Origin: Dicyema japonicum
Taxonomy: Eukaryota > Animalia > Dicyemida
DNA length: 64,000 nucleotides
Direction of reading: 5' to 3'
Assembly: GCA_011109175.1 (NCBI GenBank)
Contig: RDEW01000006.1
Coordinates: 527,281-591,280, forward strand
The notes below the pieces were generated by a model. It saw only the letters and a program-made list of their open reading frames with translations, did not search any database and was not told where the DNA came from. Positions within the stretch are counted from its first letter, which is position 1, and each line of letters begins with the position of its first letter. This document shows, in pieces, positions 1 to 13,074 of this stretch. Both the position numbers and the translations under genes were made by a program.

Positions 1-900
1 CGACTGATGTTGATCCTCAGTGGCACGGAAACAGGTATTGATTCATATCTCCTTGCATTCTTTCAATTCAATCGGTATTAGAGTTTCCGTAGAATGGAGA
101 GTAAGATGACTAAGTGTAATTTTCTAACAGCCCGAACTCTTGTTAGGTTTTTAATAGGAATTAAGAACCCTTTTCTTCCGTAATTGAGAATTCGTGGTGA
201 ACATGTCATTTAACATGTTGACTGTTTCAAATTTCAGCAGTTCTGAACGGATGCTGCCGGGTCCCACAGCACTGCTGTTTTTCAACCTTGCTGTGCTGTC
301 TTAACTTGTATGAAGTGACTCCTAGGAAAACTGTTCGACGGGATCGTTCTCAATATGTAATTAACTCTTACAATGGTCAGCAATGATTTCTGTTATCTGT
401 AAAGGGTCTGTTATCAATTCGGGACTTCTTCCCTTTTAGATTATTTGATGTTTTGTTGGTTTCGGTGGTTGACGTGGCCGGGTTTTAAGATGATTCTTTC
501 AGCGTGATGGATTCCTTCCATAACGTTTGTCCAGGAAGGCGATGGTGGGAGTTTCAACATAATGTTTCCAAAGTGCTCCTCGAGGAGCGTTGATAGTCCT
601 TCAGGATTTTTGGAGAGAAGCATAGCTTAAGAATTTAGTAATGCCATTCGAGGAGGTATCTCTGCATTTTGCTGCATGAAACATTTATTGGGATCAATCC
701 TAGCCGAAATAATCTCGTGGCCGCATTCTGTGGTAGCTCCCCCATTTGACAGAGAGTAACGAAGTAATAGATTTTTTTGTGACGGGAGATGATATAATTA
801 ATCTGATTGAATATTCCAGTAGCACCAGTAGAATATTAATGTCTGTAGCCTGTCCAAGTAGTTTCCTGCTGCTCACATTGCAGTGTTACACAGGAGCATC
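1..900 (-). mobile_element. Degenerate RTE-like LINE fragment (APE end to RT start), running off the window edge
   Basis: Minus-strand translation, with stops and frameshifts, aligns by eye with the 16467-18728 ORF: 'IFNQINYII..GSY..H' matches 'IYNQIDYIL..SYGG..DH', and 'SELLKFE..NDMF..LIPIK..VILLSILRK' also matches. Confidence 0.65.
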
Positions 901-1989
901 TTCCAAAAATTGATAAAATGAATCGAATTATATCTTCGAAATTCAGGTTAGACTTGTCTATGTTCTTAAATTATTAACTTTGATTAATATTAACATTTAG
1001 CCCGACATTGCTTCCGCAGACTACTGTGTGCACTTTTTGCAATAGTTTGTATGGGAAATATCCACTTGCAAAATTTTTATTGTTTCTTAACTATTTTGAA
1101 GAGGATTGAACAGATTTGAAGACTGCCAAATGATTATCAAAGCAAATATGAAAAATTATTATTGGCGTTTATGTCATAGGACGTGGCAAAGCACGTGCAA
1201 CACGGAAAATCAAACTTGCAGCTTCTATCATTTCTGGATTTTCTTTGCGACGTAATAATAACACCACGTGGAAAAGTTAGTTAGATTTAAATAAAAGATT
1301 CAAAAGATTCCATGTTCAGCCAGTTGTTGTCGAGAGGAGTGGAATCTTCTGGTTCAAGGCGGTCTCTTTTCTAAGTTCGCTCTGGTCATTAATTTCGAAA
1401 GTTAGCAATAAGCGTCGCAGAACCGAATGGTTGTTCCAAAGGATTTCTCTGGCAGTTGTCAGGGGAAACAGCAGCTCGATTATTTTGATTGCCTTGTTTC
1501 GTAATAAATTGATTTCCTTTGAAGTTTAAATCAATAAATTTTTCCTCATAAAACAGATTTAAGTTCGAAATAAATCTCGAACAAGCAACGTTCGCTAAGG
1601 TCCCCCTAAGGGACTGAGATTCAATTTTAGATTTGTGAAGAAACTGTAGAATGAGTGTTCTGGGGATCCAGAGGTTTTAAAAAGACAAACTTTACACCAG
1701 TGGTTCTGAACGAGGGGCGATGGTCCTCGAAGGTCTCTAAAATGTAGGTTTCAAACGTGGCAGTTCTGCGGAATATTTCGTAGGAAATTCCGACTTTGTC
1801 ATACTTCCTGTCGAAATACCAAGCAGTTCTGGTCATCAGGTCCTCGAGTTCCTCGTTCAGTTTTAAGGCGATTTAGTTCACGATTTGGTTAACCTTGGAT
1901 AACAAATTGTTGAACCCCTTTGTTTCTTTTTTAAAGGAGGGGAATTATTAGTTTAGGATGCGACATGATTAGACTCTCTTCCACCAACA

Positions 1990-2250
1990 TCATCGAGTAT
2001 GTGGTAAAGGCACTTTCGCAGCAGAGAAAACAGAGAGAGCTAAAGAAGTACAAAGGACTCCTCTAATGATATCTTTTCCGCACGATTGCTGTCTAGACAC
2101 CGGAGCGATAAGCAGCAAGACCCTGATTTTCCTAAAGAAAGTCGGACGTATGGCCTCGTTCAGAAGCTACACTGATTGTGAAACGCAATAGCTCATCTAT
2201 TTGGTATCCATAGCGGGACAGGGGGAAAACTCCACGTCAATAAAATCGGC
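1990..2250 (+). mobile_element. CRE-like non-LTR retrotransposon 3' (REL endonuclease) fragment
   Basis: Decayed translation 'KKYKGL..TGAISSKTLIFLKKVGR..VSIA..G.NSTSI' matches the copy at 34070-34324. Confidence 0.55.
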
Positions 2251-2267
2251 GAGAATAAAATAATTAC

Positions 2268-2345
2268 TAGGGCAATTTTTACAGCAGTTAAAATCTAAAA
2301 TATATCATATAGCATTAAAAATATAGCACTAAAAATCTTTAAGCT
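2268..2345. repeat. Terminal/subterminal relic of the hAT family at 55190
   Basis: Starts TAGGGCAA...AGCAGTTAAAA followed by TAGCA..AAAA modules, as at 55190-55320. Confidence 0.45.
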
Positions 2346-2676
2346 ACATCACTGGTAGGTACCATTTGGTCCATTCTTAGTACATTTCTAAACAATCCCC
2401 ACATCTCAGTCATATTGTATCTTAGAAGGACTGGGATTTGCACAACAAATTCTACCTAAATACAAACAATTGTTATTAATAAAGCAAATTTATAGGAGGA
2501 AACTAGCAAGCCGAAAAAAAGACCCGCGAATAGTTCTGGCTAAGACAACGAATCGGGATTGCCGTATTACGTGGAAACGTATAGGCAATCCTATCTTCAA
2601 AAGATTAATTATTTAAATTGTGAATAAATTAGTTATTATTAAAAAAACAATTTTTTTTAAAAACGTAAAAACAATA

Positions 2677-5236
2677 TTATTCTGGGACTTTGAAGTAATT
2701 GACTAATTTGGTGAATATTGGAGGCGTTTCAGTCAATCCAAATCTATTAAAGAAAGCATTGAATATCGCCGGAAGGAAGCAGTTAGTGACAAATTCAATA
2801 TTTCTATTAACACTCTAACTAACTCAGCAGAACTAATACCTGATTTTCTGAACTACTTCGACGATGTCTGTGTAGCATTTGCAGCTGAGTCATCAAAACA
2901 TCGGCCATAATCTGTAGAACTGTCGATTGGCAGTTCTCCACAGGAAGAGATAAGACAGCACGCAGAAACCGACTATTCCTCTGAATCAGAGACCACTGCC
3001 ACTGAGTCACTGACAACGAACTCCCTGCAATTACAAAAATTCATGCCTTCAATAAACGACCTTATATTGGGCATTTCCTTAATATATTTGTCAGTAAACT
3101 TTACACACGTGGCAGCATTCGAGAAGGTGATAAACTTACCAGAATCCTGAAATGAGTTAAAAAGAGTACATGATTGATAGATTCAGTCGACTGAATGTGA
3201 AGTCTCGAACATTTAACCAGATACTGGACCATCGGTTCTATAATGTTTTCCACATAATCGGCTGTTATATCATATCCAAACCGGGAGAACTATGGTAAAC
3301 TAAACGAATAACAGCGGTAGAGTTTTCCTTCATTTTGTTCAAACAGGTAATCACAGTGAAGATGTCTTTTGAGTCGTCGAAGATGTGCCAAAAAAGAATA
3401 TTGGCCAGGGAGATGAACTCTTTACTCATCCAAACCACTCCGCCTGAAGTAGAATGCTAAATTAAACTTGGAAAGGCTCTCGAGTCTTTAGAGAACACTT
3501 TTCTGAACTCAATGTAGCTAGAGATTATGAAAAAGTAGCAGTTCTCTATCAATGCTGTAATGAAGCTAATAAAGTCGTTTTTCAATCTGACTGAGCGAAC
3601 CACAGACTTTAATTCCCTTGACTTGGCAGTAAAGAATATCCTCAATGCCTGACTATTGAGACAAACCAACCAAATAAGTGACTTTCAGGTCAATCATACA
3701 CCCTATGAGACCGCACAAGTCGGAAATGGCAACTCTCACTGGTCTGTCCAGAATGCATTGCAATTCGTAGGACACTTGTTCGACCAGCTCAGTCTTCATT
3801 CTAGAGTGAAGGGAAAACCAAACTTGGAGTACTTTTGTGACTCCTCTGACTTTAGGGACTTTGACAGGGATTCGTCTACATGCTATAAGAAAGCATACTC
3901 GAGTCAATCAGTGTGGTAGCCAAAACATAGTCATGACAGAGCAAAGCAATCTCAAACCTACTACAAAATTCAGCAAATTCTCCATTTTCTGAAATAATAT
4001 ATTTAAACTACCACCTGAACTACAGTTCTTGCACGTGGCTTCTGGGTTTAGCAAACTTTCCCATCGTTTCTGTCAAATTAGATGAAAGCATGCCTTCTTG
4101 GAAGCCGAATCTGCCAGAAAACAAAAGAAACGGTCGTCAATTCTAAGTTTGAAAAAGTTTCCATCTTCCATCCCAATCCATTCAACTAGCCCACGTGGAC
4201 TCATATTTTTGAAAAAGAACTTGTCCACACTGACTCACTAACACATCATTACTTTCTCTCAGCAAGAATGAGATATTCTGAAAGTAAATACAATCTGACT
4301 GTCCTAAGTCTATCTCGGGAGGCTGAATTGACCTCTTCCAAGTCATCGTAGTAATCCACCGCTAAATCAATGTCCATTTCCTGGGATCAAAATATGAAGG
4401 TGACAGGTAAATCCTCCACTGATGACAGGAGGGATTCCAAGTCCGTCTTTTGTATGAATTTCCCAATCTGTAGCTGTGTCCTCTTTATATTGTCAAACAG
4501 AGCTCTCTGAATTGTTAAAATACAGGCACAGTCTGGTCGTCCGTGTCTGCTGTGAAACAGTACGAAGAATCCGAGGATTTAGAGTAGAATTCGATGACAA
4601 GCTGTTCGGAGTCATCGTGTAAACAACATCGTGTGATAATGTCCGACAGATTATAGAACTTGCTATAGATTACGTCAGAGTCGTTCCTGAAAATAGTAAA
4701 ACCTCAAAGTACACTGAGCATAGAATTATCAAGTCTTCAGTCAAGATGGCGTACATCAATTCAGCATTATTTCTGAGAGTTACCTGAAATACGACGGTCC
4801 TCCCCCTCAGCTCGTTGTACCCCTAAACTTTACTTTCTAAATGTACGAGAGGAAGATTTTGAACATAGTCAATCAGATAGAGAGCATTGTCCCCGTTTTT
4901 GACATTTTTTACTGCACTTATTGTGTCGTTCTTTAATCCGATGATGCTCATTATGCTCTTTATGGAGTTATTCTGTTCGTCAAAGACAGCGTTGAGTTGA
5001 GAGAGTTTGCTTTCCAGGGCTGTTTATGAGAAAAAATGAAACCATGGATTTCTTTGTAGGAATTTACGATGAGATTGAAGTTTAGAAACACGCAGCTTTC
5101 GATTTCCTTGGCATACTGTTCATTCAGTTCGGAGATTCTTTTTCGATATTGCACAATTTCTGCTTCAGTACATTGTTTAAGAAGGTTTACTTGAATTTAT
5201 TTACATTTTTATACTTTCATTTAATTTTTCATTCAT
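2677..5236 (-). CDS. EXOC8: Exocyst complex component 8 (Exo84)-like, multi-exon
   Basis: Spliced through 21-26 nt introns. N-terminal 'IVQYRKRISELNEQYAKEIESCVFLNFNLIVNSYKEIHALESKLSQLNAVFDEQ' resembles the Exo84 Vps51-like helix. A PH-like segment follows ('YAILTEDLIILC'), and the C-terminus is 'NRNIEFVTNCFLPAIFNAFFNRFG'. Middle exons were only partly traced. Confidence 0.6.
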
Positions 5237-5809
5237 TATGGCTTATAAACGCCTTTAAACCACAATTAAATTAAATAATCTCAGTTTGAAATTCTTAGTT
5301 TTATTTAAATAAAATAAATTTAAATATAATTTATTAAATTTTTAAAAACTATATTTGTCAATTCAGACGTTTCTATTCCATTTTTTCTAAAAGAATATCT
5401 TCCCCAAATTTCAAAAAATCCTCTTCTACCATGGGGTCTAAGAAATTTGATCTTAAAACAAAATAATTATAATTCTCAACATTGTTCATTATTATTGGGT
5501 TCGTTTCTTTATTTCAGCATTTGGCATTATTAAAGCTTTAGACTTTAAGATTGCATCGGTGATTATGGCCCTCGGTTTCTAATTTATCAACTCAAGACTT
5601 TAATTTTTTAATAATTTTATGTTTTATAATAGGCACACACCATTTGTCTACACATGTTTGTCTACACAAATGGTTGTTCTAAAAGTAAAATTTGCTTCAT
5701 TCAATAAACTATTTTTCTTTTCTAATGATTCAATTTTTTTTTCAAGTGAAAGTTTTATACATATTTGAGGGGCTAGAACAACTAAATCATAGGTAACCAA
5801 GAAGTGAAA

Positions 5810-6120
5810 TTAGTTAATCAAGTAATCTCGGCCTCACTAACTTGTAGGAGGCCAGCAGCTATTAAATAGGACTCAGTAAATGTCGGTCGATCCCATAGAT
5901 CGGTCAGTCCTGGCATTGTATACGAACGTTGTGGTAATTTATGACATTCAAATTGGTGATTTGCTGTCAACACGTAGAGGTTGCAAAAGGGACAGAGGAC
6001 ACTAAACGTAGGTAGAGAGGGGTGGTCCCACATTGTAGACGAGCGAGGTTCACCCAGACGTCCCTCGGAAAAGAGATTCTGATTGGTCTATTGGAGGAGG
6101 GGCCAGCAGCTATTTCCTGT
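5810..6120 (-). mobile_element. I/Nimb-like LINE 3' fragment with CCHC knuckle
   Basis: 'PPPIDQSE..VWVNLARLQ' and 'CPFCNLYVLTANHQFEC..LTDLWDRP'. A second diverged copy lies at 22570-22700. Confidence 0.5.
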
Positions 6121-6349
6121 GATCAGAAAAAAACTATATAATAAATTTATATTATAACGTTTTAAATTAAAATTTAAATGAATTATTTTTTTAAAAGTTG
6201 ATGGTTAGGAAAACTGGTGGTTAGGAGGAGATGTCATATATAAATTTGTTAACTTTTCATTTTTTGGTTGTTTAGTATAAAAAAATTACGAAAAATTCCG
6301 TTGCCATAACATACTTTTTGCAAATAAAATCAAAAAACTGTCATCATAA

Positions 6350-9060
6350 CTAAGGGCCGTCTTGTAGAGAATATTGAAGATAGAAACCAATTAGAAGTGA
6401 GAAGTGTGTCTTCACGAGTACAATGGAACTAGATCTCCTGTGGGAAATGTTCCTGCTCATTTGCTGTCCCTCAAATCATTAATCACTGAAATTCGATCAG
6501 GTGACAGAATCAAGTGGATCTCAATGGTTGTCAACGAAAAGGAGATTCGGGAGAATCCCTCGGAGTGGATGGAGTGCGCATATGAGAATTTGACAAAGAA
6601 GCAATCAGTAAAAAGCTTTTGGAAGGAAAACGTGGAGAAGAGAATTGCCAAATTCAAAGAAAATTGTGCCTAAGTCAATGAGTTTACTGGGAAACGAATA
6701 ACAGGAGCAGAGGAGTTACTGTTAGATATGACAGTTGAGTTTGTTGAGAATATTATTCACTATTCGCCGAATTGGAAAAGCTCTGGCTGTGATGGAGTAT
6801 ATGGATTTTTTGTCAAGAAATTTGATTCTCTTCATAGTTATCTGAGTGAGAGATTATCAAGATGAGTGGTGAATATTGCCGGAAGAATGGTTCTATACAG
6901 GGATTACGTACCTTATTCCGAAAAAGAGAAGACTGCTGTTCTCCGAATGACTTACGACCAATTACATGCATGCCTATATTGTACAAACTTGTCACAAAAT
7001 GTGTTAATACAAAACTTACAGATTATATCGAAGGGTTCAATCTTATCTCGGATAATCAGCTTGGAGCAAGAAGGCATTGCCAAGGTGCAAAGTAGCAGAC
7101 TTCAATAAATCATTAATGCTGAACATGGAAACAGCTTATTCACAACATGGATTGATGTGAAGAAGGCTTTCGATTATGTCAATCATGAATTTTTGTGTCG
7201 GGGTCTTGATAGCTCTGGAGTTCCTGAATGGATTGTGAAGTTTATCAAGAATCTAATAGGCTAGTGGAATGTTATTTGAACCTTAACAAAAAAAATTGGA
7301 AAGATCAAACTCGGGAGAGGAATCTTGCAAGGAGACCCACTCTCTCCCCAGCTGTTTACTCTGGTAATGGACCCCCCGAATATTAAATGATAAATTCTCG
7401 AAGATATGTATTGATCAGAGTGATCCGTCTATTGTGACATATGCGACTAACCATTTTCTTTTTATTGACGACCTGAGAATAATTTCCGAATATGAAGATA
7501 CTATTCTAAAAATGATGGAGGATGTTGATGAATATCTGGGTGTTGTTTGCCCTAAAAGAAATTGTGAAAAGTCTGCAACTAATCTGAAATGTGCCAAAGA
7601 TGCAAGTTATCTGGATGGTTGTGAGGTATATCGCTATCTTGGAGTGCTAGAAGATAAAGGGAGTAAGGTTATGAAAGACAAGGTTATGGAAAAAATTGCT
7701 GAAAATGTGAAGATAAAAGGATAGAGATGCTGGCGAATTCGAAATTAAACGTTGTAAAGTTGTTTAAAGCGATAAATGAATACGCACTTTCGCTATATAA
7801 TTTTTATATTGGGCTTTACTACATTAAACCACTTGAATTCGAAACGATTGATCTAGAAATCCGGCAAATATTCTATAACTTACGAGTGCACTTAAAACCT
7901 GATAAAAATATCTCAGCTGGAATAGTTTTGGACGTTGATTAACCTCAATTTCTGATAAGAGTGAATGCATGTTATTTCAATTTTTGACCGACCTTGAGAA
8001 GAAATCTTCCATGTGTCTTCGAAGGGCAGGAATCTTGCGGGTCTTAAAACAAAGGAAAACACATATGACCACTATCGCAAGATTTATTGCACTCAAATAC
8101 AATGTGGATGACCTATCTAACTTGAACACTGACATTATAGAGGAACATCAAAAGAAGAATTATTTGGAGAAGACTAATCAGAAATTGCTTCATTAAGAAT
8201 ATTTAAGTGTTTTGAAAATACGAATGTCGAATGGATCAACAGAATGGCTTACTGGGGGAAACAATAGTCCAAGGTCGGAAGCAATGTACTGCATGATACA
8301 GGATCGGAATCTGTTCTTTGAAGAGATGAAAGCAAATTGCAGTCATTGTGGTATGGCCAAAAAGAGTGTGGATCACCTGGCTACACGATGTACCAGGATG
8401 CTTAGTGTATATGGCGACATAACGAAGTTGTAAGATGCAACTATGTCGTCAATTTGGAATAAAAGAACCAAGAGGGTAAAGACGCATACAGTCCAATCGA
8501 TTGCGTCAAACAGTAAAGTTGAATTACGAGTCGATACAACACTACAAACGGATATACAAGTTAAAAATAACAAACCTGATATTTTCATACACGATAAATC
8601 TAAAAACGAAATAATCCTAAAGAAGTAGGGATCACTCCCCAAGAATTGCTAAAACATGTTGAAGTGGAAAAACTCCACAAATACGACCTTCTGGCAGAGA
8701 ACTAGCACAAATTCACAAGGCCAAGGTGACAATAATTCCGATTGTTTTGACATGGGATGGAGTAGTAACAAAGTACTACAAGTCCTATATGGAAAGACTC
8801 AACGTGGATGTCTCTACAAGGGCGTACATCCAATCAATGACGATTAAAAAAACTTTAGAGAGCATGATAATCGAGCATAGACATGGGCTGAAATTGATAA
8901 CTATGATGAGGTTACAAGAGTGACTAATCATCTTATCTCAGAAGGCTCTGAACTCGGAGGTGGCGTCGAAGAGGACCAAGAGAAACAGCTGTCTTGTCTA
9001 GTGATTTGTTTTCTCAAGTGGTATACGAGGGGAACAGTGAGGGTGATACAAAGGGCCAAA
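6350..9060 (+). mobile_element. Decayed near-full-length R4/Dong-like non-LTR retrotransposon (RT + CCHC + REL endonuclease)
   Basis: Collinear motifs across frameshifts: NWKSSGCDG, RPITCMPILYKL, NQLG, WIDVKKAFD, GILQGDPLSP, FIDDL, YRYLGVLE, CSHC..DHLATRC, NNKPDIFIHDK..E.GIT, IVLTWDGVVTKY. Confidence 0.85.
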
Positions 9061-9099
9061 GAAAGAATTCAGCTTGCATAGTGTTAATTAATTACAATT

Positions 9100-9915
9100 G
9101 ATTTTTTTTAATTTTAAATGTTTTTGGCATTGACGAATATCTCTGTGGTTCTTGTGGTTCCGATATAATATAGCCATTTTTGTAGAGGTGCAGTACTAAC
9201 CTCCACATGGGCAGGACACATATTTTAAAAAGAACAGTTATGCTAATTAATGAAGAGGTCAAAATCATCAGGAATGTTATTAGTCTCTTTTTCTTCTTTG
9301 GCTGCCTAAGTCGCATTAGACAATCCTGTTCCGCAGTGTTTTGTTACTGATAAGATACCACTCGTCAAACTAGGAGGCAACGTAGATGCATTGAACTTTT
9401 AGCCGGAATGGACAGCAACGAATTACAAGGATAAGCATCTGAATTTTGATCGTCAAACTACGACATCCTATAAAAATTCTAATTGTTGTTGTTAACGAAT
9501 CATCATTGGTGGTGAAAGTTCATAAAATTCCCTATAATCCACCATTGCGATGTCTCCCGTGTGATTTATAAACCTTTAAAACGACACGGTCCCACATTAG
9601 AAAAATATCTTCATTAGAAAATGAATCAAGACATTGCCCCTGTCTTTTTTAGACAATTTTTATTGTGTTTTCTTTTACTTCATTCCATGCGTGACATACT
9701 ATAATGATGGTCTTCCGTAAATTCACGAAAAATTCATTTATCAACTCAATGGCATATAATCCAAAAAGCTTTTCACCAAATACCTTACCCTTTGAAATAA
9801 TGATATCTTCAGTAATAAAACAACCGAAAACCAAATTTATTCCAAAGTAAGGAGTTATTTTGAGGATATTTAAACATGTCTGCCTATGCGGCCTGGACAC
9901 TTCCGATGTATCCAC
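9100..9915 (-). mobile_element. Degenerate pogo/Tigger DDE_1 transposase relic
   Basis: 'NLRKTIIIVCHAWNEVKENTIK..KKTG' resembles the Tigger DDE_1 C-terminal motif; heavily decayed. Confidence 0.5.
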
Positions 9916-10329
9916 ACTCCATTTAGTTATCTTCTATCGTTGGTTGAATTTTGTCCTAGTGGTGGATCCATGAATCCTGCCCTTATATCCAGAGCGTAGT
10001 AGGTACAAAGTTAGTAAGCCCATCTCCAGTTAGTTCTCCCTTAGTAGGTCCCTTCCCCAGTATGTTCTTTCCACAGTAGTCCCAAGCCGCCTTCTAGGGA
10101 CCAATAATGTGGTTAACAAAGTCTTGCGTAGAACCCAATTCGAATGTAGGGAACATTTGGTATGGTACCCCCCGGTAGGTCCCAACTCTAGTATGTACAT
10201 CTACGATAGGGATCAAAGTCCGGAGGATGACAAAGTTCCGTGAGAAAGACCCGGGTTCGAATGTAGGATTCAATTGTTGTGGGTAGCAGGTCCAACTTGG
10301 AGAATATACAGAGATTTTGACCCTTCGTC

Positions 10330-10640
10330 TACTGCGCTTTCAATAGGTTTCTTCGTAATTGTGAATAATCCTTCCGACTTGTGATATGCTTCTCCACAGT
10401 ATAATGGGTTCCTTCGTAATTGTGAACATATCCTTCCGATTTGTGACATGTTTCTCCACCATGTAATGGGTTCCTTCGTTTGTAATATGGCCCTTGTAAT
10501 GTGTATCTTCGGATCGACTTGCAAAATGGCCCTTGTGATGTGTATCCTCACATGAAAGCAGCACCAATGTCCGTCTTGTAATGTGTATCTTCAGATCGTT
10601 TTGTAATATGGCCTTGATTGTGTATCTTGGCATTGAAACT
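10330..10640. repeat. Compound tandem repeat region (about 62-bp duplication plus short repeated modules)
   Basis: TTCTTCGTAATTGTGAA..CCTTCCGA..TGTGA..TCTCCAC..TAATGGGTTCC occurs twice; CTTGT.ATGTGTATC occurs 3-4 times. Confidence 0.7.
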
Positions 10641-10779
10641 CTTTCGACTTGCGAAAACGTAAGTAGCGTCAATGGTCGTGGCACCAGCACCAATGGTCTT
10701 GAACCAGCACCGACGACCAATTCAACTGATTACATTTAACTGTGACGCCATGTATTATTGTTATTTCTATGTGGCTAAT

Positions 10780-11070
10780 TGGTTGAAAATTGGATCATGC
10801 AATGTATACCAATAGTATTTGGGGATTTTTCCTTGACTAAAGTTTGAAATCCGGAACGGCAACCAAACACGTCTGTGTACACACCAATTAAATTATTCCA
10901 ATTGATGCCATGTACTTCAAAAAATCTGTCAAGTTTATCATTTGGATAGCAAAAAATTGGAACATTGGATCATTTACCTTCAGAAGTTATAAGAGTGAAT
11001 CCATATTTGATATATGTAGTTTTATTCATTAAATTATTTAAACAAGACATTCCTACAAGGATAAATATGA
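10780..11070 (-). mobile_element. hAT (Buster/Charlie-type) transposase fragment
   Basis: 'DWNNLIGVYTD.FGCRSGFQTLVKEKSPNTIGIHCMI', a typical Buster-family CxxH region. Confidence 0.7.
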
Positions 11071-11364
11071 GCACGTTCTTTTTAAAATTTGATTTAAAAT
11101 AATTTAAAAAAAATAATAAAAGTAGACTAATATAAATTACTAATATAAATTAATCCGCGGTCCAAAAACACTGCACTAGACGAACTCCAAATATCTGCGC
11201 ACTTTCGTCCCAGTTATGTCCCTCCTGCATGTTCACTTAAAGCTCGTTCGAGTGAACCACAGAAACTAAATCTATGCTCTTAGCGGTATCAATGATCTCA
11301 ATAACTTGACAAATCAAATATATTCTTAAAAATAGAAACAAAAAAGTAAACAACCAAAAAGGCG

Positions 11365-11825
11365 TTAATTAGCAACAGTGGCTTCTGTGTATTTCTCAGA
11401 GGGGACATTGGCCGTTTTCTTTATAATATCCTTCCTGTAGTTGTCCATTTTTGGTTTGGTTATCATAAGCTAAAAAATTGGCAAAAAGAGTACATTGGAT
11501 GGATGAATCCCAATGTTGACTGAGACCCCATTAACCTTCGACCGTTGAATCCTTTCTAGATAGACCATAAACTTCTTCCGGCAGACACGGACAACCTTAA
11601 CATTTTCAGTCCCTCGGTGACGTCCACGGAGAATCTTAAGTATTAAATGAGAACTACCTTGACTTCATCATCCTTGCGAATGGGCAAGGATTTCTTCCTG
11701 AATTGGGAACGAAGTCCTCTTTCCAAACAGGAGCTCATCAACTTATGTCTGATATGATCAGGAGCTTGAAAGTGACGTCTCCTCGACTTTCTTCTTGACG
11801 AACTCACCAATGGATTAAGTTTCAT
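11365..11825 (-). CDS. RPL26: 60S ribosomal protein L26 (uL24), 3 exons, 137 aa
   Basis: [33 protein letters not shown]|[14 protein letters not shown]|LMITKPKMD. Introns at 11635-11657 (23 nt) and 11470-11493 (24 nt), both GT-AG. Confidence 0.97.
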
Positions 11826-12229
11826 TTATCTAAAATAAGGACCACAAAACAAACGACAACGATATTTTAAATGATTAATTTAAAATATTTAATTAATTAT
11901 TAAAAAAATTTTAATAATAATTAAATTATTGTTCTTGTTGTTTTGGACATGGTGGTTTCTTTAAGAAGAGAAAAAAAATTTGTGTTATTTTACCTATCTA
12001 CTAAAATTACTAAAAGAAAAAACAAAAGAATCGCAGAGAATATTGTCGATGACTTGCCCAAGACGCAAGAAGTTGTCAATGTTGACCTTAAAGACATCTT
12101 TTATCTCTGCAATGTCTAGTTGACAAAGTTCACACTGTGGACAGGAACAATGGGATGTGAAAGTCGTGAGTATGTAAAATCCAGATTCCTTGTGCTGTTT
12201 GTTCTTTGATTACTAGTGAAATGAACGGG

Positions 12230-12810
12230 AAGAAGCAATTTGACTAAGAATTACGTAATTCTTTATGGTCATATGGCTTTAAAAATTCAAAGAGGGGAGA
12301 ATTCGAGAGAGTGTTTTATATGTTCGCGATCAAATCAAGATTTATGAATCGAGAAAGAGATTAGAAGTGACTGGTGCTTCAAATTGAATAGAAAGCGATT
12401 TTATAAAAATATAAATGGAGATAATATGACGGTCCTTAATTTCAATGAGGAGGTATGTCTTCCGTTTTGGAGTAACATTTGGAATATGGTTGAGTGAAAA
12501 AAGATCAATTTTTTTATTAGCGAAAGAGTGACTGGATCAGAGAACTCTTTTGGTGATTTTACGAAGGAGGGAATCACTGAGACTATCAAGATGGTTCCAA
12601 GTACCTTATTCCAAAAATGGTTGTATGTGATTAACCCAAGGAGTTATGGCCAATCACTTGTATGCCGAATCTGTATAAATTATTGGCAAGGTGTGTGAAA
12701 AAATTATTATAATATATTGAATCATACGACTTGATAAGTGACAATCAACTTGGAAATCGAAGAATGTGTAAAGGGGCGAAGGAGCAAGCCATCGTGAAAA
12801 AATGCTTGAG
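12230..12810 (+). mobile_element. R4/Dong-like RT fragment
   Basis: 'YLIPK..PITCMPNLYKLLARCV..YDLISDNQLGNRRMCKGAKEQAIV'. Confidence 0.75.
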
Positions 12811-13074
12811 TTAGAAGGCGTTATAAAATAATTATTTTTGACTGTTTTTTGTCAATAAATTCATGTATTTTAATTTTTTGAGAAAATATTTCAAATTTGT
12901 TGTAGTAGCTACTCTCTTACATTTGCATCACACGTCCTACCGCCAGAGACATCACTTCATCCTTAGGCAGAAGAGTTTTTATATTGGTAATCGTCAGGGG
13001 GAATTAACTTTTAAAAAATTTTAGTTCATATGACAATCAATATCGATAAATATTAAATGTAATAAAATATTTAA

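Noticed and set aside
5630-5685. MULE-like subterminal repeats (TTTGTCTACACA x2)
   Set aside because: There is no partner terminus or transposase nearby, and it is too short to call.
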